The notes beneath the pieces were generated by a model. It did not search any database and was not told where the DNA came from. It worked only from the letters and a program-made list of their open reading frames with translations. The position numbers and the translations under genes are program-made. Below, in pieces: positions 1 to 8,873 of a DNA stretch of 20,000 nt. The stretch's first letter is position 1. Every line of letters starts with the position of its first letter. Where the stretch lies: positions 57,666 to 77,665 of the IMG/VR virus record IMGVR_UViG_3300020536_000396, one strand, 5' to 3'. Source of the stretch: an uncultured virus (IMG/VR IMGVR_UViG_3300020536_000396) (Duplodnaviria > Heunggongvirae > Uroviricota > Caudoviricetes).

Positions 1-1
1 A

Positions 2-1093
2 GTTTACTGTGCAAATGTTTTTTCAAACTATTTCGATAAGTTTTCGAGAATAGATGAGTACATGAGAGAACAGAAAAAGGCTTCTATGGCAGAGAGGCCT
101 TTTGTTTTGCCTGGTATGGGACCAGAAGAAGATTTGTTTTCCGATTTTTCTGTTTCGCCAGAGAAAATGAATTTCGAAATTGTAGAACTGCCTCAAGAGA
201 GATGGGACATTTATTTGAATATGATTTCTTCACATTCAAACATGACCAATATTCCCGGTCGATCCCTCAGATTGGCAGTCTTAGAAACTACAACGAACAA
301 GTGGTGTGGTTTTATTCGTCTTGGTTCTCCTGTAATTAACTGTAAACCAAGAAATGAGATGTTGGGTCAAGTGTTCACACAAGTCGATGGTGGTGCTCAA
401 AGATTCAATCAATGTGCTATGATGGGTTTTGTGATTGTACCCGCACAGCCTTTTGGATTTAATTATCTTGGTGGTAAATTGATGGCATCTATTTGCACGA
501 CACATGAAGTTCGTGAAATGCTAAATAAAAAATACAATATGACCACATGTTTGTTTGAAACGACTAGTCTGTATGGTTCTACTAAGGCCGTATCACAGTA
601 TGATGGCATGAAACCTTATATTCGTTATAAAGGTTTGACCGACAGTGATTTTCTTCCCATGTTACATGGTAAAACTTATACAGACCTAAAAGAGTATATT
701 GAAAATATAATTGGTGAGCCATTGGCACCAGAAAGTGCCTCTAGTAGAAAACTGAAAATATCTAATGCAATCGTTTCACATATCAATGTTGCTCTGAAGG
801 GAACACCAGAGGGTGCTAAGTTTAAACAGACGATTGAAAATGCCAAAAATCTAAACGAACAAAAGAGATATTATGTTTCAGATTATGGATTCAGTAACAT
901 GATTGACTTTGTGAATGGTAAATCGAATACCTTGACTAAAGGTGAAAACTATGATAAATTCTATCTGAAGAATGTGATTGAATGGTGGAGAAAAAAGGCC
1001 ACGACAAGATACGAAAATCTCAAAACGGAGAATCGTCTGAGAAATGATATTGAAGTCTGGACTGGCGACACTGAACTAGACATTATACGATAG
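2..1093 (+). CDS. DUF4338 / Druantia DruA-like domain protein (5' end probably outside the window)
   Basis: The frame is open from position 2 (VYCANVFSNYFDKFSRIDEY, then M62). Motifs NIPGRSLRLAV, GFIRLGSP, VPAQPFGFNYLGGKL and ETTSLYG resemble DUF4338 proteins of T4-like phages (recalled, not searched). Confidence 0.7.
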   Translation, partial: VYCANVFSNYFDKFSRIDEYMREQKKASMAERPFVLPGMGPEEDLFSDFSVSPEKMNFEIVELPQERWDIYLNMISSHSNMTNIPGRSLRLAVLETTTNKWCGFIRLGSPVINCKPRNEMLGQVFTQVDGGAQRFNQCAMMGFVIVPAQPFGFNYLGGKLMASICTTHEVREMLNKKYNMTTCLFETTSLYGSTKAVSQYDGMKPYIRYKGLTDSDFLPMLHGKTYTDLKEYIENIIGEPLAPESASSRKLKISNAIVSHINVALKGTPEGAKFKQTIENAKNLNEQKRYYVSDYGFSNMIDFVNGKSNTLTKGENYDKFYLKNVIEWWRKKATTRYENLKTENRLRNDIEVWTGDTELDIIR

Positions 1094-1094
1094 G

Positions 1095-1102
1095 CATAAA
1101 TA
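1095..1102 (+). promoter_or_regulatory. T4-type late promoter (CATAAATA)
   Basis: 7/8 match to TATAAATA in the 32-nt intergenic gap, upstream of an AGGAG SD and the ATG at 1126. Confidence 0.6.
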
Positions 1103-1125
1103 CATAAAACTCTTTAGGAGACTTC

Positions 1126-1854
1126 ATGAGTGTTGCTTCAGATAAATTCGAACAAGATGTAGCAAAGTCTATCAATAAACTTCCGGGAATAAAAGCCACT
1201 AGGCCAAAAGTAAGTACAGAATACTCGGATGTAAAAGTTGAATATAAAAACATAAAAACTTGGGTGGAAGTTAAAATGTCACATACTGACAATCTTTCTA
1301 ACCCAAGAGTTTATTATGAGGGTGGTAAATGGAAAACTACGTATAAAACACCCACAGCCAAAGCTGCTGTAGATATCTTAAATAAGTCTGCACAGGCCAA
1401 GGCCTTTATAAAAGCTATTTCTAAATTTTCTGGCATTCCGGAAAAACAGATAAAAATTCCAACTACAAAATCCGGACTCAAAGAGCCTGGTGCTGTACCA
1501 CTTCATGTTATGAAGTCTTATTTTGATCAGCCAAGTATTAACCGTTATATTGCTAATGATGAAAATAGAGACTTAGGACAATTGGTGACGGAGCATTACA
1601 CAGAAGGTAAAGCTGAGCCTGCATACTACATGCAAGCAGGAGATGATTTCTATTTAATCTCAAAAACAAATCCTCTGAAGTTAACGGGTGTTCCTCTTTT
1701 AAGTGGTTCTGGTGATTTTAAAGTTCGTGTAGCGACCCGCTCTGAGTTTTATGAAGTTCAAGCAGAAATTAAAATTAAAAAAATGCCAAACAGTAAATAC
1801 TCTGTAGCACCAGGCACAAAGAAAACAAATCCATTCATGAACATGAAAAAATGA
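1126..1854 (+). CDS. putative PD-(D/E)xK nuclease-fold protein
   Basis: N-terminal helix with FE (DKFEQDVA), then SDV...WVEVK, matching the E...D...ExK restriction-endonuclease-like catalytic pattern. AGGAG SD; stop overlaps the next start (ATGA). Confidence 0.55.
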   Translation: MSVASDKFEQDVAKSINKLPGIKATRPKVSTEYSDVKVEYKNIKTWVEVKMSHTDNLSNPRVYYEGGKWKTTYKTPTAKAAVDILNKSAQAKAFIKAISKFSGIPEKQIKIPTTKSGLKEPGAVPLHVMKSYFDQPSINRYIANDENRDLGQLVTEHYTEGKAEPAYYMQAGDDFYLISKTNPLKLTGVPLLSGSGDFKVRVATRSEFYEVQAEIKIKKMPNSKYSVAPGTKKTNPFMNMKK

Positions 1855-3080
1855 AATTCACAGAATTTTTAAAAGAAGGAAAAGAAGGTAAAAACCTGCA
1901 TCTGGAACATCTCGAAGATGAGGTTCTCAATGGCGGTGTTGTTGGTGCCAGAAGTGCTATAAACTTTCTACAATCTCTACGTGACATGTTAGCAGGAAAA
2001 TCCTCAACTAAAATAAATGTCACAACAAAATGGGATGGATCACCAGCCATATTTGCAGGAGTTAATCCCGAAAATGGTAAATTTTTTGTTGGCACAAAAG
2101 GTGTGTTTGCTAAAAACGCCAAACTAAACTACACTGAAGAAGATATCGATAACAACCATCCTGCTGAAGGATTGAATCATAAACTCAAAGTTGCTTTAAG
2201 ATATTTACCCAAACTAGGAATAAAAGGTGTTCTTCAAGGTGATATGCTTTTCACCAAAGGTGACATAAAGAAACAAAATATTGATGGCATGCAATATGCT
2301 ATTTTTCAGCCAAATACAATTGTTTATGCAGTACCTTTCGATTCACCTTTGGCTTTTAAAATGATGACAGCACAATTAGGAGTTGTCTTTCATACTTCAT
2401 ACACTGGTAAAACCATGGAAGATATGAAGGCATCTTTTAACATTGATATTGGTCATCTAACGCATACAAAAGATGTTTGGTTCAGAGATGCTACATTTAC
2501 TGATGCATCTGGTATGGCATCTTTTACCGAAAAAGAAACTGAAGATTTAACAAAAATATTATCTTCAGCAGGCAAAACATTTAACACAATAAATTCTTTG
2601 ACATTAAATCGAATTGCTACAAGTGATGTGTTTAAAAATTACATCAAAACATTTAATAATGCAAAGATAAGAGCCGGTTCACAAATCAAAGACCCGAGAG
2701 CTCATACTTTAGAGTTAATTCGTTATGTAGAAGATAAATTAAACAAAGAAGTTTTATCTGCAAAAAAAGAAGATACACGAAAGAAAAGAATCAAAGAAAA
2801 AACGGATGTCATGAGATTTTTCAGAGGTTCTGCTTCCGATTTAATTCAGATATTTACACTAATGAATCTTTTAGTTGACTCTAAAAATAGAATCATTAAA
2901 AAACTTCAAGAGATGAAACAAGTAACACACACTTTCTTGAGAACAGAAAATGGTTTTAAAGTAACCGATCCAGAAGGATTTGTTGCTGTATCAACAATAA
3001 CTGGTGGTGCTGTTAAACTTGTCGATAGACTAGAGTTTAGTCAGGCCAATTTTAATGCAGCAAAGGCATGGGACAAATAA
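1851..3080 (+). CDS. conserved T4-like phage protein (DUF6267-like) with ATP-dependent ligase/nucleotidyltransferase motifs
   Basis: KNLHLEHLED; TKWDG (motif I KxDG, nt 2028-2039); QGDMLF (motif III-like); EGFVAV (motif IV, about nt 2973); AVKLVDR (motif V-like). N-terminus is MKFTEFLKE. Confidence 0.65.
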   Translation: MKFTEFLKEGKEGKNLHLEHLEDEVLNGGVVGARSAINFLQSLRDMLAGKSSTKINVTTKWDGSPAIFAGVNPENGKFFVGTKGVFAKNAKLNYTEEDIDNNHPAEGLNHKLKVALRYLPKLGIKGVLQGDMLFTKGDIKKQNIDGMQYAIFQPNTIVYAVPFDSPLAFKMMTAQLGVVFHTSYTGKTMEDMKASFNIDIGHLTHTKDVWFRDATFTDASGMASFTEKETEDLTKILSSAGKTFNTINSLTLNRIATSDVFKNYIKTFNNAKIRAGSQIKDPRAHTLELIRYVEDKLNKEVLSAKKEDTRKKRIKEKTDVMRFFRGSASDLIQIFTLMNLLVDSKNRIIKKLQEMKQVTHTFLRTENGFKVTDPEGFVAVSTITGGAVKLVDRLEFSQANFNAAKAWDK

Positions 3081-3359
3081 ATGGAAAAGAAATTTGATCT
3101 AACGGCCATCTTGGCTGAATACGACGAAGATGATTTTGGTTTTACCGCCATCGACGAAGAAGAGTATACTTCAGTAATTGCGGAAAAAGAAGAGACTGTG
3201 GAAGAATACAAAGAAAGACTAGTACAAGTTGAAAAACTTATTCTTCCGTTTTTAACCAAACTTCTCAAAACTGCGGATCAGCCAATCATCAAATGGCCAA
3301 ACAGAAGGCCAATTCTTGAAGCACAGATTCAGAAGATTCTAAATTTGACAAGAGGTTAA
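3081..3359 (+). CDS. hypothetical phage protein (acidic N-terminus, DDFGF motif, IKWPNR)
   Basis: 92-aa ORF directly abutting the previous stop (TAAATG), with a helical/coiled-coil pattern. Confidence 0.75.
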   Translation: MEKKFDLTAILAEYDEDDFGFTAIDEEEYTSVIAEKEETVEEYKERLVQVEKLILPFLTKLLKTADQPIIKWPNRRPILEAQIQKILNLTRG

Positions 3360-3361
3360 AA

Positions 3362-3685
3362 TTGGTAGAAATAACTTCTGGTGCTGCGAAAAAAATTAAA
3401 TCTGTAATCGACGAAGAAAATCCAGATTTAAAGTTAAGAATATTTGTTCAGGGTGGAGGCTGCTCAGGATTTCAGTATGGGTTTTCAATAGAAGAATTAC
3501 CCCCAGAACATGATGACTTTGTATTTGAAAAAGATGGTGTTGGTGTTATCATAGATAGTATGAGTATGCAGTATTTGAATGAAGCTGTAATCGATTATGA
3601 AGAAACGCTTATGGGATCCAATTTTAGTATTAAAAATCCTAACGTAACCGCAACTTGTGGTTGTGGTTCTTCATTTACAATCTAA
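3362..3685 (+). CDS. erpA: A-type Fe-S cluster carrier (ErpA/IscA/HesB family)
   Basis: [17 protein letters not shown] and C-terminal [11 protein letters not shown] contain all three conserved Cys. TTG start with a GAGG SD at 3352-3355. Confidence 0.93.
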   Translation: MVEITSGAAKKIKSVIDEENPDLKLRIFVQGGGCSGFQYGFSIEELPPEHDDFVFEKDGVGVIIDSMSMQYLNEAVIDYEETLMGSNFSIKNPNVTATCGCGSSFTI

Positions 3686-3686
3686 C

Positions 3687-3857
3687 ATGATAAGAATACC
3701 TAGACCCAAAAAAGAAATTAGGCAAAATATAAAGCCTGATATTCTACCAAAATCTGGTGCAGGCCAATGGGGCACCAAAGAATTGGCAGACACTTATAGA
3801 AAAGATACACCTGGACAAAGTATAACTAAATTCAAAGACTACAAGACAACTAAGTAA
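3687..3857 (+). CDS. small basic hypothetical protein (GAGQWGT...YRKDTPGQ motif)
   Basis: ATG at 3687, just after the erpA stop; 56 aa; fills the gap to the next gene. Confidence 0.65.
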   Translation: MIRIPRPKKEIRQNIKPDILPKSGAGQWGTKELADTYRKDTPGQSITKFKDYKTTK

Positions 3858-3874
3858 TATAATGGAGATTTGTT

Positions 3875-4708
3875 ATGAAAGATTTGATTATTGGTGCCAG
3901 TACCAATTACGATTGGCCTAAACTAAAATACTGGATAAACTCCATCAACCAATCTGGTTTTGATGGCGATAAAGTTCTTATTCTGATGAACTGTGATGCT
4001 GACACAGTGAAAAAGGTCAGCGAAGCAGGATTTAAAATCATCGGTTTCAATCAAGACAACGAAGGCAATCTTCGTTACGAATCAAAAATTCCTGTTCATG
4101 TTGAAAGATTTGGCCACATTTATGAGTATCTAAGAAATAATGACTATCGTTATGTGATAACAACGGATGTTAAAGATGTTATCTTTCAACAAAATCCAAT
4201 TGATTGGTTAGAAGCCAATCTCATTTCAAAACATTTAGTTTTTTCATCTGAAAGTATGCTTTACAAGGATGAACCATGGGGTAATCAGAATCTATATGAG
4301 ACATACGGTGATTATATACACAGTATTTTTAAGCATAATGAAATTTTTAATGTTGGCGTTCTTGCTGGTCACGGCTTTGCGATACGTGATTTAGCAATAA
4401 ACATTTTCTCTACTGCCATAAACAGACCTATACCAATTTGTGACCAATCTACATTTAACTTTTTAATCTCAATGCATCCATATAAAACGACCAGTCAATA
4501 TTGTAGGTCAGAAGATGGTTGGGCATGCCAATTAGGTACAACAGTAGATCCATCAAAAGTAGAAAGTTTTAGGCCTTTCTTGTTGGAAGAATCGCCTATA
4601 TTAAAGGATGACATTGTAACTACATCAAAAGGAAATCCTTACTACATTGTTCACCAGTACGATAGGGTTCCAGAATGGCGTAAAATTATTGAGGCGAAAT
4701 ATGGCTAA
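3875..4708 (+). CDS. putative GT-A-type glycosyltransferase
   Basis: ERF..IYEYL, YVITTDVKDVIFQQNP (DxxD metal-binding-like), FNVGV, DQSTFN and C-terminal VHQYDR; GGAG SD. Confidence 0.7.
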   Translation: MKDLIIGASTNYDWPKLKYWINSINQSGFDGDKVLILMNCDADTVKKVSEAGFKIIGFNQDNEGNLRYESKIPVHVERFGHIYEYLRNNDYRYVITTDVKDVIFQQNPIDWLEANLISKHLVFSSESMLYKDEPWGNQNLYETYGDYIHSIFKHNEIFNVGVLAGHGFAIRDLAINIFSTAINRPIPICDQSTFNFLISMHPYKTTSQYCRSEDGWACQLGTTVDPSKVESFRPFLLEESPILKDDIVTTSKGNPYYIVHQYDRVPEWRKIIEAKYG

Positions 4709-5411
4709 TGCACTTGTTATATCAGGACATCTAAGAACTTTCAGAAACATCTGTGAAGAATTGAAACATTTCATTTCTTTAAATGAACTCGATGTTTATA
4801 TGTACGTTTGGGATGAAGGCAATCAAGAAGATATTGATTATGCGGTAAAATATTTAAATCCAGTAAAATGGGCTGCAGAAAGAAATGAAATCTATGCACA
4901 GGAATTTTTAGATGCGGAATCTAGAATCTCTGAAAAAAATCCAAAAGATTTAATTACTCCAGATAGGAATCATGTTACTCTATCAATGCATTTTGCTCGC
5001 AGAAAAGCATTTGAGTTGATCGATAAAGAATATGATAATGTAGTTTTTACCAGATTTGATACGCATTTGTATCCTTTTAAAGTGAGAAATATGGTAGAAA
5101 CTTATCCTGATGTTGTGGTCACACCTACAAATGAACAGTACGGAATGGTTTCGGATATTTTTGCCATTATTCCTTGGAAATATGCCAATAACTACTTCTT
5201 TTATCCGAGAGCAGAAAAGATACTTTCTACAAGATTCAGTAAAAAGTATAAAGAATGGCTCTCAGTAAAGTTTTGGTGGGAAAATGGTCAAAGAGATATA
5301 AAACTACATGATGAGAATCGATATTGTCCTCATATGCTGTGTATGAGAAATTACTTTGAAACAGATACGCCATACATAGTTGTAGATTTACCAGTCATGA
5401 TTAAAAGGTGA
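4701..5411 (+). CDS. putative glycosyltransferase-like protein (ALxxSGxxR / YD.V..xRxD family)
   Basis: Likely start is ATG 4701 (GAGG SD). Motifs ALVISGHLRTF and YDNVVFTRFD, plus SDIFA. Confidence 0.55.
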   Translation: MANALVISGHLRTFRNICEELKHFISLNELDVYMYVWDEGNQEDIDYAVKYLNPVKWAAERNEIYAQEFLDAESRISEKNPKDLITPDRNHVTLSMHFARRKAFELIDKEYDNVVFTRFDTHLYPFKVRNMVETYPDVVVTPTNEQYGMVSDIFAIIPWKYANNYFFYPRAEKILSTRFSKKYKEWLSVKFWWENGQRDIKLHDENRYCPHMLCMRNYFETDTPYIVVDLPVMIKR

Positions 5412-5414
5412 AAA

Positions 5415-6116
5415 ATGAAAATTGCATTATGTCTATCTGGGCAAGCCAGATGCTTTGACAAAGTATATGAATACGTAAAGAAAAACCTTTTAGATAAACA
5501 CGATATCACTGTTTTTTGCCACGTATGGGATTTCTCTGGTGTTGAAAAGTTAAAAGAACTTTACAAGCCACAAAACATAATTGTGGAACCACCTATTACG
5601 CCAGACTTATCAAAGTACACTAGAGTTCCACCACCACAACCAAACTGGAAAGTTAAAGATCCAGCTCTTTCAACTTATGCTCAATTTTATTCGCTGAATA
5701 TGGCAAATAAATTGAAGATGCAATATGAGAAAGAAAATAAAATGGTGTTTGATTGGGTCATTCGTTCGAGATATGACTTTACTTTGAATGTAGAAATTCT
5801 TTTTGAAGAATTAGACAATCAAAAACTTTACATACCGAATTGTAGAAGAACACCAGGTCGAGATTTTGGAAATGACCAGTTTGCTTTTTCTTCTTCAAGA
5901 AACATGGACAAATACTGTAATGTTTTTAACCGCATCGATGAGTTTTATGATTTAGGTACAACGATGATCGGTGAAGAGATGATGAGCATGAATTGGAAAA
6001 CAACTGGCCTTGTTGGTGAGAACTTAGTTTATTGTGATATGAATCATCCTTTTCCACCAGGTCCACACAATGGAACTTGGCACTCACTAATGAGAGATGA
6101 TTTTGAAAAGTGGTAA
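5415..6116 (+). CDS. putative glycosyltransferase-like protein, same family as the upstream gene
   Basis: MKIALCLSGQAR, VFCHVW, QFYSL, FDWVIRSRYD and NDQFAF; AGGTG SD. Confidence 0.6.
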   Translation: MKIALCLSGQARCFDKVYEYVKKNLLDKHDITVFCHVWDFSGVEKLKELYKPQNIIVEPPITPDLSKYTRVPPPQPNWKVKDPALSTYAQFYSLNMANKLKMQYEKENKMVFDWVIRSRYDFTLNVEILFEELDNQKLYIPNCRRTPGRDFGNDQFAFSSSRNMDKYCNVFNRIDEFYDLGTTMIGEEMMSMNWKTTGLVGENLVYCDMNHPFPPGPHNGTWHSLMRDDFEKW

Positions 6117-6853
6117 AATTAGTCAAAGAATTAAAGGGATACTCAGAGTCTAGTGTTCACTTGATGTACGATGAAAAGTTTTTTGTCAGAAAAACGGGAG
6201 ATATTCATCGTAATATAGAAAGATATGATTCATTAACAAACATAGGTTTGTCTCTACCAAAAATCTACAATGTTTTTGGTAGTTATTATGATATGGAATA
6301 CATCTCTTGTTTGGAGATGAAAAAATATCTGTCTATAAATCCAACAACGAACATAGTAAACTTTTTAAAAGAAACGATAGACAAACTCAAAGAAAAATCA
6401 ATAGAGAAAGATTACACCGAAACATACGAAAAAAAACTTTCGTCTTTTGATTTTTCGAAATATGATTTGCCATTTACCTGTGAACAGTTAATCGATAAAC
6501 TACCTAAAACTTTACCTTGGACTGAATACCATGGTGATCTTACATTGGAAAATGTACTATACGACACCAATAATTCAAGGTTTGTTTTGATTGACCCCTT
6601 GACAACCGAGTACGATTCGTATATATTTGACTTAGCGAAAATAAGACAAGACTTGGTATGTAAGTGGTTCATTCGAAATGATTCGGTATTCTTAGATTCT
6701 AAGTTACAATCGATCTATGATAATCTAAAATCATATGAGTATTTTGAAAATAATTACCTATTAATACTAATGTTGATGAGAGTATTGCCTTATACTAAAA
6801 ACGAAAAAGATAAAGATTACTTGATGAACGGGGTGAAAAAGTTATGGAAATAA
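6110..6853 (+). CDS. APH/choline-kinase-like phosphotransferase
   Basis: FVRK (ATP-binding Lys), YDMEYI hinge, HGDLTLENVL (Brenner motif), LIDP and DLAKIRQD. GTG start overlaps the previous stop. Confidence 0.8.
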   Translation: MVKLVKELKGYSESSVHLMYDEKFFVRKTGDIHRNIERYDSLTNIGLSLPKIYNVFGSYYDMEYISCLEMKKYLSINPTTNIVNFLKETIDKLKEKSIEKDYTETYEKKLSSFDFSKYDLPFTCEQLIDKLPKTLPWTEYHGDLTLENVLYDTNNSRFVLIDPLTTEYDSYIFDLAKIRQDLVCKWFIRNDSVFLDSKLQSIYDNLKSYEYFENNYLLILMLMRVLPYTKNEKDKDYLMNGVKKLWK

Positions 6854-7854
6854 TTATGCCATGTGCAGGACTATCTACAAGATTTCCTAATCTGAGGCCA
6901 AAATATCTTCTTACAGATTACAATAGAAGATTGATGATTGAGAGTGCAGCAAAAAACTTTATTGGAAAATATCCTGTTACAATCATCATTCTAAGAGAGC
7001 ATGATGAGAAGTTTAGTGCTGTGCAAAAGTTAAGAGAAGCTTTTGGTGATGAAGTACGAATAGCCGTTTTGGAAAAACCAACTTCTGGCCCAGCAGACAC
7101 AGCTTATCAAGCATTGAAGGTCATGGGAATAAATGATTCAATTCTTATAAAAGATTGTGATGGGTTTTATGATTCCGACCTTGTAGAAGGTAATGCCGTC
7201 TATGTGTCAAAACTATCTAAAAATCCAGATATTCGTAATGCGCCTGCCAAAAGTTACACCATCACAAATGAACAAGGTTTAATCACAACTGTCGTGGAGA
7301 AACAAATCGTAAGTGATAGTTTTTGTGTTGGTGGTTATCAATTCGAAAGTGCTGACGAATATATCAAGGCATTTGAAGAGTTACAGAAAAAAGATTCTGA
7401 GATTTTTGTTTCAAATATCATTGACTACATGATTTCTAATGGCAAAGTTTTTGTCGAAAAAGATGTTGAGAATTTTGTCGATGTTGGTACCGCAGAAGAT
7501 TGGTTTAAGTTCAATGATAAACCAACATACTTTTGTGATATAGATGGTACATTAGTTTTAAGTAAGACGTTTCATGATGAACCTTATGAGCCTCTGATGA
7601 ATAATGTGAAGGCTCTACTGAAAGAACAAGAACGTGGTTGTATGTTTGTTTTCTGCACCGCTAGAAATAACAAATATGAAGCATATACGAGACAAACATT
7701 AGATGAACTTGGATTTAAGAATTACGTTTTGGTCATGGAAACTAACCATGCACGCCGAGTGTTAATCAATGACTTTGCAAGCTCAAATCCATATCCTTCT
7801 GCTGTTGCAATTAACCTTCGTAGAGATGAAGATAATCTAGAGGAAATGTTATGA
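6844..7854 (+). CDS. sugar-phosphate nucleotidyltransferase fused to a C-terminal HAD-like phosphatase
   Basis: IIMPCAGLSTRF..PK (GxGxR-like NTP-transferase signature), TSGPADT, KDCD and DVGT, followed by FCDIDGTL (HAD motif I) and FCTAR (motif II). Confidence 0.85.
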   Translation: MEIIMPCAGLSTRFPNLRPKYLLTDYNRRLMIESAAKNFIGKYPVTIIILREHDEKFSAVQKLREAFGDEVRIAVLEKPTSGPADTAYQALKVMGINDSILIKDCDGFYDSDLVEGNAVYVSKLSKNPDIRNAPAKSYTITNEQGLITTVVEKQIVSDSFCVGGYQFESADEYIKAFEELQKKDSEIFVSNIIDYMISNGKVFVEKDVENFVDVGTAEDWFKFNDKPTYFCDIDGTLVLSKTFHDEPYEPLMNNVKALLKEQERGCMFVFCTARNNKYEAYTRQTLDELGFKNYVLVMETNHARRVLINDFASSNPYPSAVAINLRRDEDNLEEML

Positions 7855-8873
7855 ACATTATGATTACTGGTGGTGCCGGTGGTATAGGTTCTACTTTAGC
7901 TTTAATGTTGAAGAAAAAAGGTTACGATATTATTGTTGTCGATAATTTCAACAATGGCTATCCAGAAAATCTAAAACAAAATGGTGAATATTTTTGTGAA
8001 GTTTTAAACTTAGACATTCGAGAAACAAATCGACTAAAAGAAGCATTAGATTTTTATAAGACTGATGCTATTGTACATTTAGCTGCCATAACATCTTTAC
8101 CTCAATGTGAATCGGATCCGGTTGAATGTATAGATGTAAATGTTGCTGGTACTGCTTCAGTTTTAAATGCTGCAAGACTCTCAAAAGGCCAAAGAGTTAT
8201 TGCAGCGAGCACTTCAGCAATATATGAATGTAATGAAAAATCTGAAGCACCCTTTACAGAGAACTTAAAAGTAAATCCTAGACTGTTTTATCCCTTATCT
8301 AAGAAATTGATGGAAGAAGTAATAAAGTCCTTCATTGATAACTATGGTATGGATATCGTTACTCTCAGATTCTTTAATGTGTTTGGCCCAAGGCAAGACA
8401 TTCATAGATCATCACCACCTCTAATAAATTATATTGTTAGGGAATACTATAATAAAAGACCAATGACATTTTACTCCAATGGCCTGCAACAAAGAGACTA
8501 TGTTCATGTTGATGATGTTGTTGACCTGATAGAGAGATGTTTAGATAAAAACAACGATAGACTGCCCGGTGCAGTGATGAATGTTTGCACCAAAACTTTA
8601 ACATCCGTTCGAGATGTTATTCAGTGTGCTGAAAAGGCTTTTGAAACGAAGTTAGATTATAGATTTGAAAAACCTAAAAAGTTTTGGAGTGGATATCCTG
8701 AACTGTATCAAGGAGTGCCTTTATCAGAAAAGACCATTGAACGGGAGGTAAATAAATTTGCTCTGGGTTCTTTCTGTAACGCCTTTTTGATAACGGGATG
8801 GAGACCTAATCAAAACATTGAAAAGTTAATGATTGAAACTATGAGACAAAATTATGAGCTTATTGCCAAATAA
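7851..8873 (+). CDS. NAD-dependent epimerase/dehydratase (extended SDR)
   Basis: ITGGAGGIG, HLAA, ASTSAIY, YPLSK (YxxxK), LRFFNVFGP and RDYVHVDD. Confidence 0.92.
   Translation: MNIMITGGAGGIGSTLALMLKKKGYDIIVVDNFNNGYPENLKQNGEYFCEVLNLDIRETNRLKEALDFYKTDAIVHLAAITSLPQCESDPVECIDVNVAGTASVLNAARLSKGQRVIAASTSAIYECNEKSEAPFTENLKVNPRLFYPLSKKLMEEVIKSFIDNYGMDIVTLRFFNVFGPRQDIHRSSPPLINYIVREYYNKRPMTFYSNGLQQRDYVHVDDVVDLIERCLDKNNDRLPGAVMNVCTKTLTSVRDVIQCAEKAFETKLDYRFEKPKKFWSGYPELYQGVPLSEKTIEREVNKFALGSFCNAFLITGWRPNQNIEKLMIETMRQNYELIAK

Noticed and set aside
2..1093. Complete Druantia defence system
   Set aside because: No DruE helicase or other Dru genes in the window; the context is a lytic-type phage.
3858..3863. 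TATAAT as a sigma70 -10 box for the glycan cluster
   Set aside because: No -35 at proper spacing, and it abuts the SD, so the transcript would lack the SD; likely chance in AT-rich DNA.
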